DNA of 43,099 bases, taken from Bdellovibrionales bacterium (lineage in GTDB: Bacteria > Bdellovibrionota > Bdellovibrionia > Bdellovibrionales > UBA1609). Below, in pieces: positions 25,789 through 35,229 of this stretch. The notes beneath the pieces were generated by a model. It was given only the letters and a program-made list of their open reading frames with translations, ran no database searches and was not told the origin of the DNA. The stretch lies in assembly GCA_965200875.1 (NCBI GenBank), contig CBDAVH010000001.1, positions 1 through 43,099 of the forward strand, given 5' to 3'. The translations under genes were made by a program, and so were the position numbers. Position 1 is the stretch's first letter; every line of letters begins with the position of its first letter.

Positions 25789-28423
25789 TATTAAATTTTC
25801 TCTTCGGTCCGCCTCTCATTGTATCCTGTTGCTCTCTGTTTTTTTGCTCCATATCCATAAAGTAATACATAACATGAGCCTGGTCGTAAGAGGTGGATGT
25901 TAAATTTTTAAAATGCTCTACAGCAGGGGATGTTTGATCCATTTGTTGGACAGTTTGAAGGAATTCTGCAAAAAAAGCTGGATAATTTCTTTTAAAAAAC
26001 TCCAGTCCCTCCACTGTGAGACTTTTTTCTCTGAAAGCTTTTATAAAGCCAGGTGTTGTAAGCCCCTGATCCACAGTGGAATAGAATTTTTTAATATCAT
26101 TGTCATCATAAATTCCCTCCCCTTTTTCATTGAAGGACAAAGGTTTTGGAAGTATTTGCATAACAGATTCTTTGAGTTGCATGCTTTGGTTTTGAAACTG
26201 GCTGGCCGGTGATCTTCCCCCATATAAATCCACCATTCCATAAAGGTCCTCCTGCCCATGTACAATTCTTTCCACAGGATCTCTATAAATAACCTGCCTG
26301 TTTAAATCATTTATATTATTTACCTGCATTCCAAAAAGAAAGGCAGAAAGTTTTTTTGTATTCATTTTATAGACACTGGAAAATTGCTTATCCATTTTTT
26401 TGTAAGCTTCTGAGGTGTTGTTTATTATGGATTTTAAACCTTTAGGGGTTTTAATAAGCTGAGTAAGTCTGTTTGTATTGTCAATCATGTTCGCCATGGA
26501 AAGCATTCTGTGGCCGGTTTTACGCCATATATTTGCACCCAGAGACAGGCCAACACCACCGACTATGGCTCCCACAGGGCCGGCAACAACACCACCACCA
26601 GCAATACCTGAAGCAGCTATGAATATATCCCTCCCCTGGTACATATTCAATCCACTCCATAATCCTCTTTCTTTTTCCTTTATAACTTTCTTTTTTAGAA
26701 TGTCATGAATGACATTACTCTTTTCAAATTCCTTTTTGGCGGCATACATTTGTGAAAGAGTTTTTTGATATTTTGTTCCAAGAAAATCTGATTTTAATTT
26801 CATTAAATGGTTTTGGATGTTATCCATAAGATGCGTTTCATAATTGCTTGTAACATAATAAGCCCTTCTAAAGGCATCATGAACTTTTGTGGCTTTTTCC
26901 CCAAGGGGGTATCGGGATTTTTCTGCAAATCCCCTTGCAATCTGATGAATATCGCTAAATTTTAAATCACCTTTTGTACTGATAAACTTTTCCACTTTTT
27001 TAAGGTAATCATTAAAAGGTTTTAAATTTGTAAATTTTTCCACTTCAGTAGTTAGGTTTTTCCGAAGATCTCCAAAAAATCTTTTTGGAAGCCATACTCC
27101 TGGAAAATTTTCTTTTATTATTGCAAGGTCAAAGTCTTTTCTTTTTTTACCTAATTCTATCCCCCAAAAATCACGTCTGGCAGCTATAAGTTTTAAAGCC
27201 TGCACTCTGCTTTTTGGAGCAATGCCAATCTCAGAAATATAATCAGAGACCTCCTTTAAAAGCTCAGATTCATTAAATTTTTTACCCCGCACGGCACTTA
27301 CAGAAGCTGGTATATCATCCAAAACCCCTTTAAAGCTTCCCTGTGTTTCTCTGGATGTTTCAATACGAAGGGGCTTTGGTTTTTGAGTAATAACTCCAGA
27401 AACAATTTTCTTTACCTCATCAGGTGATTTTTCACCCAGGGCTTCAAAGGCTTTTTTAACCTGCTTATAATCTTTTTCTTTGGAAATACCCAGGAAGGAA
27501 GCTCTGAGATTTTGAGCTGCTTTTCCGGCACTTTTCTTTGCCATACCTGCCCCGGCTCCTATGGCTTTCACTCCAAGTCCCAGGGTTTTTCCTCCAAGCC
27601 CCATGGCCCCCATAAGAACCGCTGTGCTGGTAAAGGTTTCTTTGGAAGCATGAAGACCTGCCCCCAGGGCAGAGTCCATTTTTCTACCGGCCTCCACACC
27701 ACCCGGAAAATCCTTTTGCTGATTTACCCGATGCTGCTGTATTCCGGCCTTGGTTCCTGAAATAACAGCTTCAGCCCCGGCGAAGGCTCCCCCAACACCA
27801 GCACCCTTAAGCATGGCTTGTGTTTTCTTACCCGTAAGACCATATTTAGCCCCCAGGGAAGCCAATTTATCCCCGCTTTTGGTGGCCACCTTTAAGACCT
27901 GTGCGGAGGGTAATTTGCCAGCTCCTGTAAAAGCCTTCCCTACAGCTTTTTTGGCTCCAGCTTTTACTCCCTGGCTCAATAAACCACCTACACCACCCAA
28001 TGCGAAGGGTATGATATTCCCTGCCGCTCTTCCCCAGGATTCAGCTCCCCCAAAGAGTTCTTTTCTTTCCTTTTCCACCATCTGTGCATGAGGATTGTTC
28101 GGAGCCACCAGGGAGTCCACCAGACCAAGAGTTAAAGCCTCACTTAAGAAACCTTTTATAAATTGCCCACCTTTTGAATTTTCCGCCTCCAGCTCTTTTC
28201 TTATGGCATAACGATCAGGATCCATAAGTTTTCCACCATCCCCCAGGGAGGCCATCAAATCTCTGCCTTTTACCTTTTCCCCCTCCCCATTTTCCTTAAT
28301 CACGATATAATCATCATCTCTCACAGGAAGGTACCTGTCCCCCTCAATGGTCATCTTTTCCAGAGCTTCTTTATCATTAAGCTGCAAACCTTTTCGGGTT
28401 TTTAAATCAAACACTCTGATCAT
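25757..28423 (-). CDS. Internal virion / DNA ejection protein (888 aa)
   Basis: Gly/Ala-rich hydrophobic segments plus a helical basic region; third of three coupled large genes. Confidence 0.65.
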   Translation of the reverse strand: MIRVFDLKTRKGLQLNDKEALEKMTIEGDRYLPVRDDDYIVIKENGEGEKVKGRDLMASLGDGGKLMDPDRYAIRKELEAENSKGGQFIKGFLSEALTLGLVDSLVAPNNPHAQMVEKERKELFGGAESWGRAAGNIIPFALGGVGGLLSQGVKAGAKKAVGKAFTGAGKLPSAQVLKVATKSGDKLASLGAKYGLTGKKTQAMLKGAGVGGAFAGAEAVISGTKAGIQQHRVNQQKDFPGGVEAGRKMDSALGAGLHASKETFTSTAVLMGAMGLGGKTLGLGVKAIGAGAGMAKKSAGKAAQNLRASFLGISKEKDYKQVKKAFEALGEKSPDEVKKIVSGVITQKPKPLRIETSRETQGSFKGVLDDIPASVSAVRGKKFNESELLKEVSDYISEIGIAPKSRVQALKLIAARRDFWGIELGKKRKDFDLAIIKENFPGVWLPKRFFGDLRKNLTTEVEKFTNLKPFNDYLKKVEKFISTKGDLKFSDIHQIARGFAEKSRYPLGEKATKVHDAFRRAYYVTSNYETHLMDNIQNHLMKLKSDFLGTKYQKTLSQMYAAKKEFEKSNVIHDILKKKVIKEKERGLWSGLNMYQGRDIFIAASGIAGGGVVAGPVGAIVGGVGLSLGANIWRKTGHRMLSMANMIDNTNRLTQLIKTPKGLKSIINNTSEAYKKMDKQFSSVYKMNTKKLSAFLFGMQVNNINDLNRQVIYRDPVERIVHGQEDLYGMVDLYGGRSPASQFQNQSMQLKESVMQILPKPLSFNEKGEGIYDDNDIKKFYSTVDQGLTTPGFIKAFREKSLTVEGLEFFKRNYPAFFAEFLQTVQQMDQTSPAVEHFKNLTSTSYDQAHVMYYFMDMEQKNREQQDTMRGGPKRKFNIEKVQGRLYG

Positions 28424-30423
28424 TAGGCATTCCTGTTCCAGACTTTGTCCAAATCTTTTCTTGTTTTAAAATGTGTATCAGCTGTAATGTATTTATGCAT
28501 TTCTTTTTTGGAAATCCCAAATTGTCTCGCAGCAAGTTCGTACTGGTTTTTAAGAGACAAGTCTCTGAAATTCTTACCTCCCTTTGCACCTCTTCCATAT
28601 AAGCGGGTGGCATCATTTCTCATTCTTTCCACCATATTATGAATTGCATTTTTCTTCATAATTTTTACAATGAGGTCATATCTTCCTGTAAATTTTTTCT
28701 TAAGCATGGCTCCAAATTTAGTCGCATCCCACTTACCAGGAGCTACAACTTCATAGATTTCCTGAAGCAGAAGCCTTTCTGCATCGGACATGTTACCACC
28801 ACCCGTATATTGTATCCTTGCACGGGTCATGGCTCCCAAAAGAATTTTATTTAATTCTGTAAAATGCTTTTGGGCTGTTTTTGCTTTTTCAGTATAGGCC
28901 ACTGCAGGAATGGCTGTGGCTCTTGTGTATCCTGCCACATGAATATTCCTTAAAAGACTTCTCACCCGGTTCATATCACGGATTGTTCCCGCTGAAGTAT
29001 TTGCTTCATTGACTATAGCTTTTTTATCGGACACAATAAATTCAGAACCACCAAAATTATAAGCTTGTTTTGTTACAGCCAGGGAATCAGAAAGCTTTGG
29101 ATATTTTGATTCGCTCGCCTCACCCCCAAGCTTTGCAAGTTTTAACCTTGAAGAAATATCATGCTGAAACTGATCGTTATCGTTTTCAAACAATTGTTGA
29201 TTGATGCTGTTATTATTTATTACTCTTTGTTGTTCCAAAGTATCAATGGTGGTTTGAACTTTTAAAGACTCTTCCTGATTTTTAACAGCTTGTTGCTGGA
29301 ATTTAAGCTCATTTTCCATAGTTTCCAGGAGGACATTTTCTGTGGCTTTTGATGCCGCATAATCATCATTAAGAATTTTTATCATCTTTCCATAAAGAGT
29401 GTCTGTGTCTTTTAAGTAAGCTGATTGAGCATTATAGGAAGCTTTTTGAGATTCCAATTCTCTTTCAATCATGTTGTTTATCATGAGTTTTCCATTTTTT
29501 TCCAATCCTCCGGAGGTGGAAAGTAGGGAATGAGCGAGGGCCCCGGCCATTTGAAAGAAGCCCAGCCCGGACACGGCACTTCTCACGGAGGGGGGATTGG
29601 CAGCCAGTTCTCTGTAAGTATCGTTTAGTTGGAGTCTTTTTTGTGTCAGTCTGTTGATTCCTTCCTGCCTGGTATCTCTTACAATTTTCATTCTTTCTCT
29701 GGCGGCTGCATATTCTGGTCTGGTTTCCTGCCATAATTGATCGTAAGCCATAACTGCTTCGGCATGAGCTGCGGCATCAGCCATGGGTTCAGGCATTCTT
29801 TGAAAATTTGGGGTTTGAGGGGCCTGGTCAAAGGAGGGTAAATCCACGGCTGTTTGTTGCTGATCGGGAGTGATATCAATTTTTATATCTCTGGGATTAA
29901 ATTCTTTAAAAGTTCTGCCTTCATAGCCGGCCCCGGGGTCTGAGGGACCTGTGGCAGGCTTCATAATTCCAGGGAGGGGTTGATTGGGTTGTTGGGGTTG
30001 AGAGACGGGGCTTGGTTTTCCTGCCTGAATATCCTGCCCCCCAGGGAGGAAGCTTTTAAAAAAATCACCAATCCCTGCCGGTTTTCTTTTTGCCTGCTTA
30101 TTCCCGGCCGGCATATAGTGTCTTTTGTCCAGCATGAAAGGAACATCATGATCCATCTGGGTATTGATTAAGGATTGTTTTTTGGTGAGGTTATCCAGCC
30201 CCACTCCCATTCTTTGGGTTTCTACAAGGCTGGCTTCCTGGGCATTTTTTGCAGCTTCCTGCCCTAAGGATTTGGCTTGTAATTGAAGCTGTGCCTGGTC
30301 CTTGTTGCTCTGTAAGACAAGTTTTTTTTGGTCCAGTTCATTTTTAATGCTTAGCTGGCGGATTTTTTCCCTGTCAGAGGCCAGTTTTTTATCATTTTGT
30401 AATTGTAAGTTAAGGGCTGGCAT
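28423..30423 (-). CDS. Internal virion / DNA ejection protein (666 aa)
   Basis: Coiled-coil, Q/P-rich; TAATG-coupled on both sides. Confidence 0.65.
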   Translation of the reverse strand: MPALNLQLQNDKKLASDREKIRQLSIKNELDQKKLVLQSNKDQAQLQLQAKSLGQEAAKNAQEASLVETQRMGVGLDNLTKKQSLINTQMDHDVPFMLDKRHYMPAGNKQAKRKPAGIGDFFKSFLPGGQDIQAGKPSPVSQPQQPNQPLPGIMKPATGPSDPGAGYEGRTFKEFNPRDIKIDITPDQQQTAVDLPSFDQAPQTPNFQRMPEPMADAAAHAEAVMAYDQLWQETRPEYAAARERMKIVRDTRQEGINRLTQKRLQLNDTYRELAANPPSVRSAVSGLGFFQMAGALAHSLLSTSGGLEKNGKLMINNMIERELESQKASYNAQSAYLKDTDTLYGKMIKILNDDYAASKATENVLLETMENELKFQQQAVKNQEESLKVQTTIDTLEQQRVINNNSINQQLFENDNDQFQHDISSRLKLAKLGGEASESKYPKLSDSLAVTKQAYNFGGSEFIVSDKKAIVNEANTSAGTIRDMNRVRSLLRNIHVAGYTRATAIPAVAYTEKAKTAQKHFTELNKILLGAMTRARIQYTGGGNMSDAERLLLQEIYEVVAPGKWDATKFGAMLKKKFTGRYDLIVKIMKKNAIHNMVERMRNDATRLYGRGAKGGKNFRDLSLKNQYELAARQFGISKKEMHKYITADTHFKTRKDLDKVWNRNA

Positions 30424-32114
30424 TAGAAACCTCCTGCGGCGGGGGGTGAAACAACACCCGAGGATGAATCAACAGTGTAGCCTGCGGCACGTGGGTTGGC
30501 TCTGGCTCCTCCCGGGGTTTGCCATTGAATACCGCCGCTTGGTCCAAGAGCTGGCTGGCCATAGCCGCCGCCCTGGCTTCCCCCAAAGCCTGGCATCTGA
30601 GAGGGCATCATTCCTGATATATAATTCAGGTTAGGTGAGGCACCTCCGCCTCCTCCCAAACCGGCAGAGAGTAAGCTTCCCCCCAAACTACCAATTCCTG
30701 CCCCCAGAGCTGTACCCACCCCGGGGATAACACTTCCCAAGATACCCCCTGCGATGGGTAATGCTGTGGCTGCCACATTCCCCATCCAATTCCACCGCTG
30801 ATCACTTATGGCTTTATTCCACGCCTGATTGTGTTTAAATTTTTCCCATTCCTGCATCTCTCTGGCCCAGCTCATTTTTTGGTTCCATTGCTCAGCTCCC
30901 AGGGAGCGGTCCATATCTTTTTGGTCCAGGCCCCAATGAAACTGCCTGTTTCCTTCATTAAACTGGTCATAAGCCAGTCCCATACCAGCATTGGCTTTCC
31001 ATGCATCAAGGGCCAGTCTTTGGCCGGCCAGGTTACTGTCTATCCCAAATTTTTCTACCCGCATCACATCATCCAGGCTTTTAGTTCTCCACCGCATCAT
31101 CTGATCCCAGCCTTGTTGCCAGGCATTGTCTATTCCCATACCGACATCAAAGCCCTGAGTGGCGGAGTTTCTTAAAGCTCTTTCAGTGCTTAGGGCCAGT
31201 TTGTTTCCGACTTCAAAGTCCTGTCCGTAGAGGGATTGTCTTAACCCAGCTCCTCGGAGGGCCATATCTGAGAGTTGGCCTGAAAGTCCCATCTGCCTTC
31301 CCATGAGCTGGTCCTGCATACCCAGTCTTTGGATATACTCATCGGCTCTTGCTGCGGCGGTTTGGTTCATGATATTGGCTGAGGAATTTGCGAGCTCGTC
31401 TCTGAGGGCCTGGTCACCGCCAGACACTCCCCTTCCCTGGGCGGCTGCGAGCATCGCTCCCTGAGCCAGTTGGCGGTCGTAATTCATTCGGGCTTGTTGC
31501 TCTACGGATGACGGGGCTTCACGGACTTCCTCAAGCAGGGCTTTTTGCTGGTCTCTGAGGTCATAGAGTTCGTCTCTTTCTGTTTGATAAGCTTTGTCAT
31601 ATCTGCGGAGGACATCCTGGAGGTGGGTACCCCAGCGGGACCTCATATCCTCTGCCTGGCTCATCCAGTTTTCCACGGCCCAGGAATCTTTTGTTTTCCA
31701 ATCCTGGCCAATTCTTTGTAATCTACCCTGTTTTTGATTCCAGCCTTGTTCAATCCGCTGCTCACGGCCAAACCGCTGCTCCTGCTCATATTCTCTCATT
31801 CGGCGGGTTCGGTCCTGCCATTCTTTTAGGTAAGGATTGCTTTTTATCTCTGCCAGGGTAAAAGGATCGGGGCGGTCGTAAGTTTTTCCTCTGTCTCTTT
31901 CTCTTCTGGATTTTAGTCTCTCTTCTTCGGCTCTTCTTTCAGAGGATCCACCCCCTCCCCGGGAGCTTGATCGGGATCTTCGTCTCTGCCTTTCCTGGGC
32001 TTCCCGGAAAGATCTGTCAGCTCTCCTTCGGGTACTCCGGGTGCTTCTTCTGCGGGTACTTCTGCTTTCCCCTTCATTCCCTCTCCGAAACTGTCTTCGT
32101 CTGGCTACTGCCAT
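30423..32114 (-). CDS. Ejection / DNA pilot-like protein with Arg-rich N-terminus
   Basis: R/S-rich first 80 aa, Q/A/G/M-rich helices, glycine-zipper GGILGSVIPGVGTALGAGIGSLGG. Confidence 0.7.
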   Translation of the reverse strand: MAVARRRQFRRGNEGESRSTRRRSTRSTRRRADRSFREAQERQRRRSRSSSRGGGGSSERRAEEERLKSRRERDRGKTYDRPDPFTLAEIKSNPYLKEWQDRTRRMREYEQEQRFGREQRIEQGWNQKQGRLQRIGQDWKTKDSWAVENWMSQAEDMRSRWGTHLQDVLRRYDKAYQTERDELYDLRDQQKALLEEVREAPSSVEQQARMNYDRQLAQGAMLAAAQGRGVSGGDQALRDELANSSANIMNQTAAARADEYIQRLGMQDQLMGRQMGLSGQLSDMALRGAGLRQSLYGQDFEVGNKLALSTERALRNSATQGFDVGMGIDNAWQQGWDQMMRWRTKSLDDVMRVEKFGIDSNLAGQRLALDAWKANAGMGLAYDQFNEGNRQFHWGLDQKDMDRSLGAEQWNQKMSWAREMQEWEKFKHNQAWNKAISDQRWNWMGNVAATALPIAGGILGSVIPGVGTALGAGIGSLGGSLLSAGLGGGGGASPNLNYISGMMPSQMPGFGGSQGGGYGQPALGPSGGIQWQTPGGARANPRAAGYTVDSSSGVVSPPAAGGF

Positions 32115-32130
32115 AACCCACCTCTACGGC

Positions 32131-32159
32131 AGGGTGTCATAAGTGGTGCGATGTGTCAA
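32131..32159 (-). promoter_or_regulatory. Promoter for ejection-portal-terminase operon
   Basis: TTGACA-17-CACCCT with extended TG, then GAGGT RBS; -10 box is non-consensus. Confidence 0.5.
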
Positions 32160-32189
32160 GCTAAGCGGCTGAAGCGGTGGGAGGGGGGT

Positions 32190-32221
32190 AAAAAAAAGGG
32201 GAGCTGAATAACCAACTCCCC
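32190..32221 (-). terminator. Rho-independent terminator
   Basis: GGGGAGTTG-GTTATT-CAGCTCCCC followed by T8. Confidence 0.85.
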
Positions 32222-32328
32222 CCTCAACCATAACCAGTATCAGCACTTTCCAGCAACTGAAACTAACAGTCCAGCACTTTTCAGCACTGAAACAGAGAAC
32301 AATTTTAAGAAGGATTAAAGTTTGCTCT
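32190..32328 (-). ncRNA. Candidate ~140-nt small RNA
   Basis: Bounded by TTGACT-16-TACTCT (32362-32335) and the T8 terminator; no RBS-led ORF; two 22-23 nt repeats. Confidence 0.55.
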
Positions 32329-32364
32329 GGGTTTAGAGTATCAGGGGGTTTGGGGGAGTCAAGG

Positions 32365-32401
32365 AAAAAAGAAGGGGGCCGATGAAGCAAGAACCCCCTT
32401 C
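32365..32401 (-). terminator. Rho-independent terminator after ssb
   Basis: GAAGGGGG...CCCCCTTC stem followed by T6. Confidence 0.75.
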
Positions 32402-32452
32402 TAAGAACAATAAGGAAATAAGCTGTGAAGCTAGAAACAGACTGCCATAGAG

Positions 32453-32800
32453 TTAGGCGGCTGGCAAGGGTTTTTCTTCAGGTTTTGAAAGATTTACCAC
32501 TTTCCAGGCAAAAACCTCCATGAAGGACTTTTCCTCGCCTTTCTGGTTTTTGAAGGATTTTGTTTGAATGCGGGCATTAACGAGGACGACATCCCCACCT
32601 TTAAGCTCTTTGCAGCATCTGGAGGCCAGGTCCCCTGCAATGGATACTTTTGCCCATTGTGTTTGCCCATGCTCCTGGTTGTAAGCATCCGTGACATTCA
32701 GCAACAAATGCGAAAATGTGGAACCTTTTTTGGTGGTTATGAGCTTCGGGGCTTCCCCCAAAGAACCCAGCAAAAGTACCTGATTAAATGTTGTTTCCAT
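32453..32800 (-). CDS. ssb: Single-stranded DNA-binding protein
   Basis: NQVLLLGSLGEAP, TQWAKV, LKGGDVVLVNARIQTKSF OB-fold pattern; lacks the acidic DDIPF tail. Confidence 0.9.
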   Translation of the reverse strand: METTFNQVLLLGSLGEAPKLITTKKGSTFSHLLLNVTDAYNQEHGQTQWAKVSIAGDLASRCCKELKGGDVVLVNARIQTKSFKNQKGEEKSFMEVFAWKVVNLSKPEEKPLPAA

Positions 32801-33094
32801 AAAAACCTCCCTTTCCAGGATTAAAATAAAAGTTAAGAAAAACAGTACAAAAGGCTTAAAAAAAAATCAAATAATTACTAAAAAGGTCCAGTTTTTCTTA
32901 ACGCAGTGCGAAAGTACTTGACAACAAAAAAATGGAGAGACACGTAAATAAAAGACAAATCCGATAAAAGAGCTTGCTCTTGCGAAGCTTGAGCATGCGG
33001 TTTTTAGAGGATTTAACAGTTTTAACCCCTTGCTTATGGGAGCAAATGATGTCATTTGTGACCTTAAGCTTGGGGTTCAAAAAAAGCATGTACA

Positions 33095-33390
33095 TATCAA
33101 ATGTTACATATCCCGGTACAGGGTCTTATTGATGATTAATTAATTTTAAATATTCCCGGTTCCTTGTACGATAAAGAGTCTGTAGATCTTGAAGTTAGAT
33201 CTCCGGTAGACGTTAGATCCAGTTAATTAAATACGTTTCTGTTACGTTAAGATCTTACGTAGTTAATACGTAAGTACGTATACGTAACGTAGATTAGATC
33301 TTTTTTTTTTTTTTTTTTTTTCTTTCTTTTTGCTTCTTTTTCTTTCTTTGTTTTTTCTTTTCTTTTTTTTTACCCTCTGAGTTTTTTTTA
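33095..33390. other. Origin-like non-coding region
   Basis: Clustered AGATC(T) and ACGT palindromes, TTAATTAA tracts and a long T-rich run, next to ssb; stops occur in all three minus-strand frames of the palindrome block. Confidence 0.5.
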
Positions 33391-33448
33391 TGGAGCGGTG
33401 CATTTTCCTTTGGCACCCTAATTTCTTTTTTGATAGCCTGCCCGGGAA

Positions 33449-34024
33449 ATGGAAAAAGCCTTCAATTTTATTAAAGACACTCATTATTCTGTAGAGGAAC
33501 TTAGGGAATTTAGAGACCTTGACATGGAAAAAGATACCCTTGTATTCAGAAATCAAGACTGCAGGGACTTCAATGAGGGACCTGCAAGATATACCCCCTC
33601 CGATATAATTCTGAACTTCCTGCCCCAAGGTACCTTTCACATCTCATTCTACTCCAACTATGATTTTAAGGATGCTATCAGAAGATTCCATTTATCTGAG
33701 ATGACAAACTCATACCTGAGAGATTTGATACAACTTCATGAAGATGGCTTACTTAAGAAAGCCATCCTCTTTCAGGAAGATATGGACTATCCCTTACACA
33801 AATTGGAAAGCGTTAAGAAACCCCAGGCTGAGTTTTATGCTGCGATAGTGGAAAAAATAAAACCTGAATATGTTAATCTAAATATTTACACACCCGAAGA
33901 TGGTCAGGCAGGATTTTTCCGTATTACTCAAGGACTTTACTTTATGGAGAAAGCGGATATACAAATAGCATTAAGAAATTTTGATGATAAGAAAATAAAA
34001 TCTATCCTTAATAAGGATGTCTAA
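33449..34024 (+). CDS. Hypothetical protein
   Basis: 191 aa, first gene of a tightly coupled plus-strand island. Confidence 0.75.
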   Translation: MEKAFNFIKDTHYSVEELREFRDLDMEKDTLVFRNQDCRDFNEGPARYTPSDIILNFLPQGTFHISFYSNYDFKDAIRRFHLSEMTNSYLRDLIQLHEDGLLKKAILFQEDMDYPLHKLESVKKPQAEFYAAIVEKIKPEYVNLNIYTPEDGQAGFFRITQGLYFMEKADIQIALRNFDDKKIKSILNKDV

Positions 34025-34471
34025 ATGGATTTGCGATACCCCATTATAAATCTTACTCAGCATGAACCCACTCTTGAGCAAAAAAAAGCCGGGGTTTCAC
34101 CTTCCAGCGAACCTATAAAAAAACTCATTACTTTTGATTGTTTCCCCTCAAAAAGTGATATAAAAAGAAGATGTGACATTCTTGCAATCATGGCATCCGA
34201 AGATGGATATGATTTTGCTCTTATCGGGGGAGTTCCTTTTATGATGCCTCAGCTTGAAAAATCCTTAAAAACTTATGGTGTAACCCCTATATATGCTTTC
34301 ACCAAAAGAATAGTCCTGGAAAAAGAAGGGAAAAAAATATCAGCATTTAAGCATGAGGGATTTTACCATGAGAATCCCCAGTACGATAAAGATATGACTG
34401 GATTAAAAAAAATATATCAAAAAGGTTTTCCCAAGATTGAGAGAGTAAAAAAAGATGACAAAATCCCTTAA
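34025..34471 (+). CDS. Csx20-like (CARF-related) protein, candidate ring nuclease
   Basis: NLTQH..T.EQ, DFALIGG, GVTPIYAFTKR...K.SAFKH..F resemble the recalled Csx20/Csx15 pattern; not search-verified. Confidence 0.55.
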   Translation: MDLRYPIINLTQHEPTLEQKKAGVSPSSEPIKKLITFDCFPSKSDIKRRCDILAIMASEDGYDFALIGGVPFMMPQLEKSLKTYGVTPIYAFTKRIVLEKEGKKISAFKHEGFYHENPQYDKDMTGLKKIYQKGFPKIERVKKDDKIP

Positions 34472-34973
34472 AATTCAGACTCAGCTTGAGTATTTTTACC
34501 CCATACACAAAGAAATATCCAAGGCTTATTTTATTATGATTGAAGATGTTTCTATAGCTGTTTGGAAATCAAATAACACTCATAAGCTTGATAAAGAAAC
34601 CAGGGAGTTAAAGATAAAGGGGTACAATTTAATATCCATTATAAAAAGCAGTAATGATTATTTTAAGAGAGTGGGGAGAGATGAGGATGTTATTGCATTG
34701 GAGGAAATATCCCCCAGGGACCAAAAGACGGATATTCAATTCCAGGTTTTAAGGGAAGATATCATGAAGCACAAGGGTTTAACCCGGAGCCAGTATTTTG
34801 AACTTCTAAAATGGGAAAATGATAACCGCTATGTTCCAAAAAAGAATAAAACTCCCTGCCCATTCCCCGAAGATGCGGAGGAAAAACAAGAGCTTCAGGC
34901 AGCCCAGGTAATAGCTGCTCCCATCCCCAAAGAAACCTACCCTGGACCCTTAAGTGAGCTTTCTCATGGATAA
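34455..34973 (+). CDS. Hypothetical protein
   Basis: 172 aa, overlaps both neighbours. Confidence 0.75.
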   Translation: MTKSLKIQTQLEYFYPIHKEISKAYFIMIEDVSIAVWKSNNTHKLDKETRELKIKGYNLISIIKSSNDYFKRVGRDEDVIALEEISPRDQKTDIQFQVLREDIMKHKGLTRSQYFELLKWENDNRYVPKKNKTPCPFPEDAEEKQELQAAQVIAAPIPKETYPGPLSELSHG

Positions 34974-35229
34974 TCTTCCCGAAATTAATGACTCCTCTAT
35001 AGAAAAAGCGATCCTTGAATTAGATTATGAAATAAAAGCTTACAGGATTTTAATAAAAAGAATAAGAGATTACTGGATTAAAGTCAAAAAATCAAAAGAG
35101 AAAAAAGACCTTATTGGACAATTCTATACTTACCACCTGGCCAGAATCCTTATAAGGGATGAAGCCCCTTTATTACGTGTTGATAAGGATTTATTTTATT
35201 ATATTATGAAACAGAATAAAAATGATTAA
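34966..35229 (+). CDS. Hypothetical protein
   Basis: ORF 34954..35229, probable ATG start at 34966. Confidence 0.65.
   Translation: MDNLPEINDSSIEKAILELDYEIKAYRILIKRIRDYWIKVKKSKEKKDLIGQFYTYHLARILIRDEAPLLRVDKDLFYYIMKQNKND

Noticed and set aside
32241..32293. CRISPR array
   Set aside because: Only two 22-23 nt units with an 8-nt gap and no cas genes; kept only as a small-RNA candidate.
33263..33640. 125-aa minus-strand ORF with a poly-Lys tail, possible replication initiator
   Set aside because: Antisense to the 191-aa gene; the Lys run comes from the T tract, and all minus frames stop in the palindrome block.
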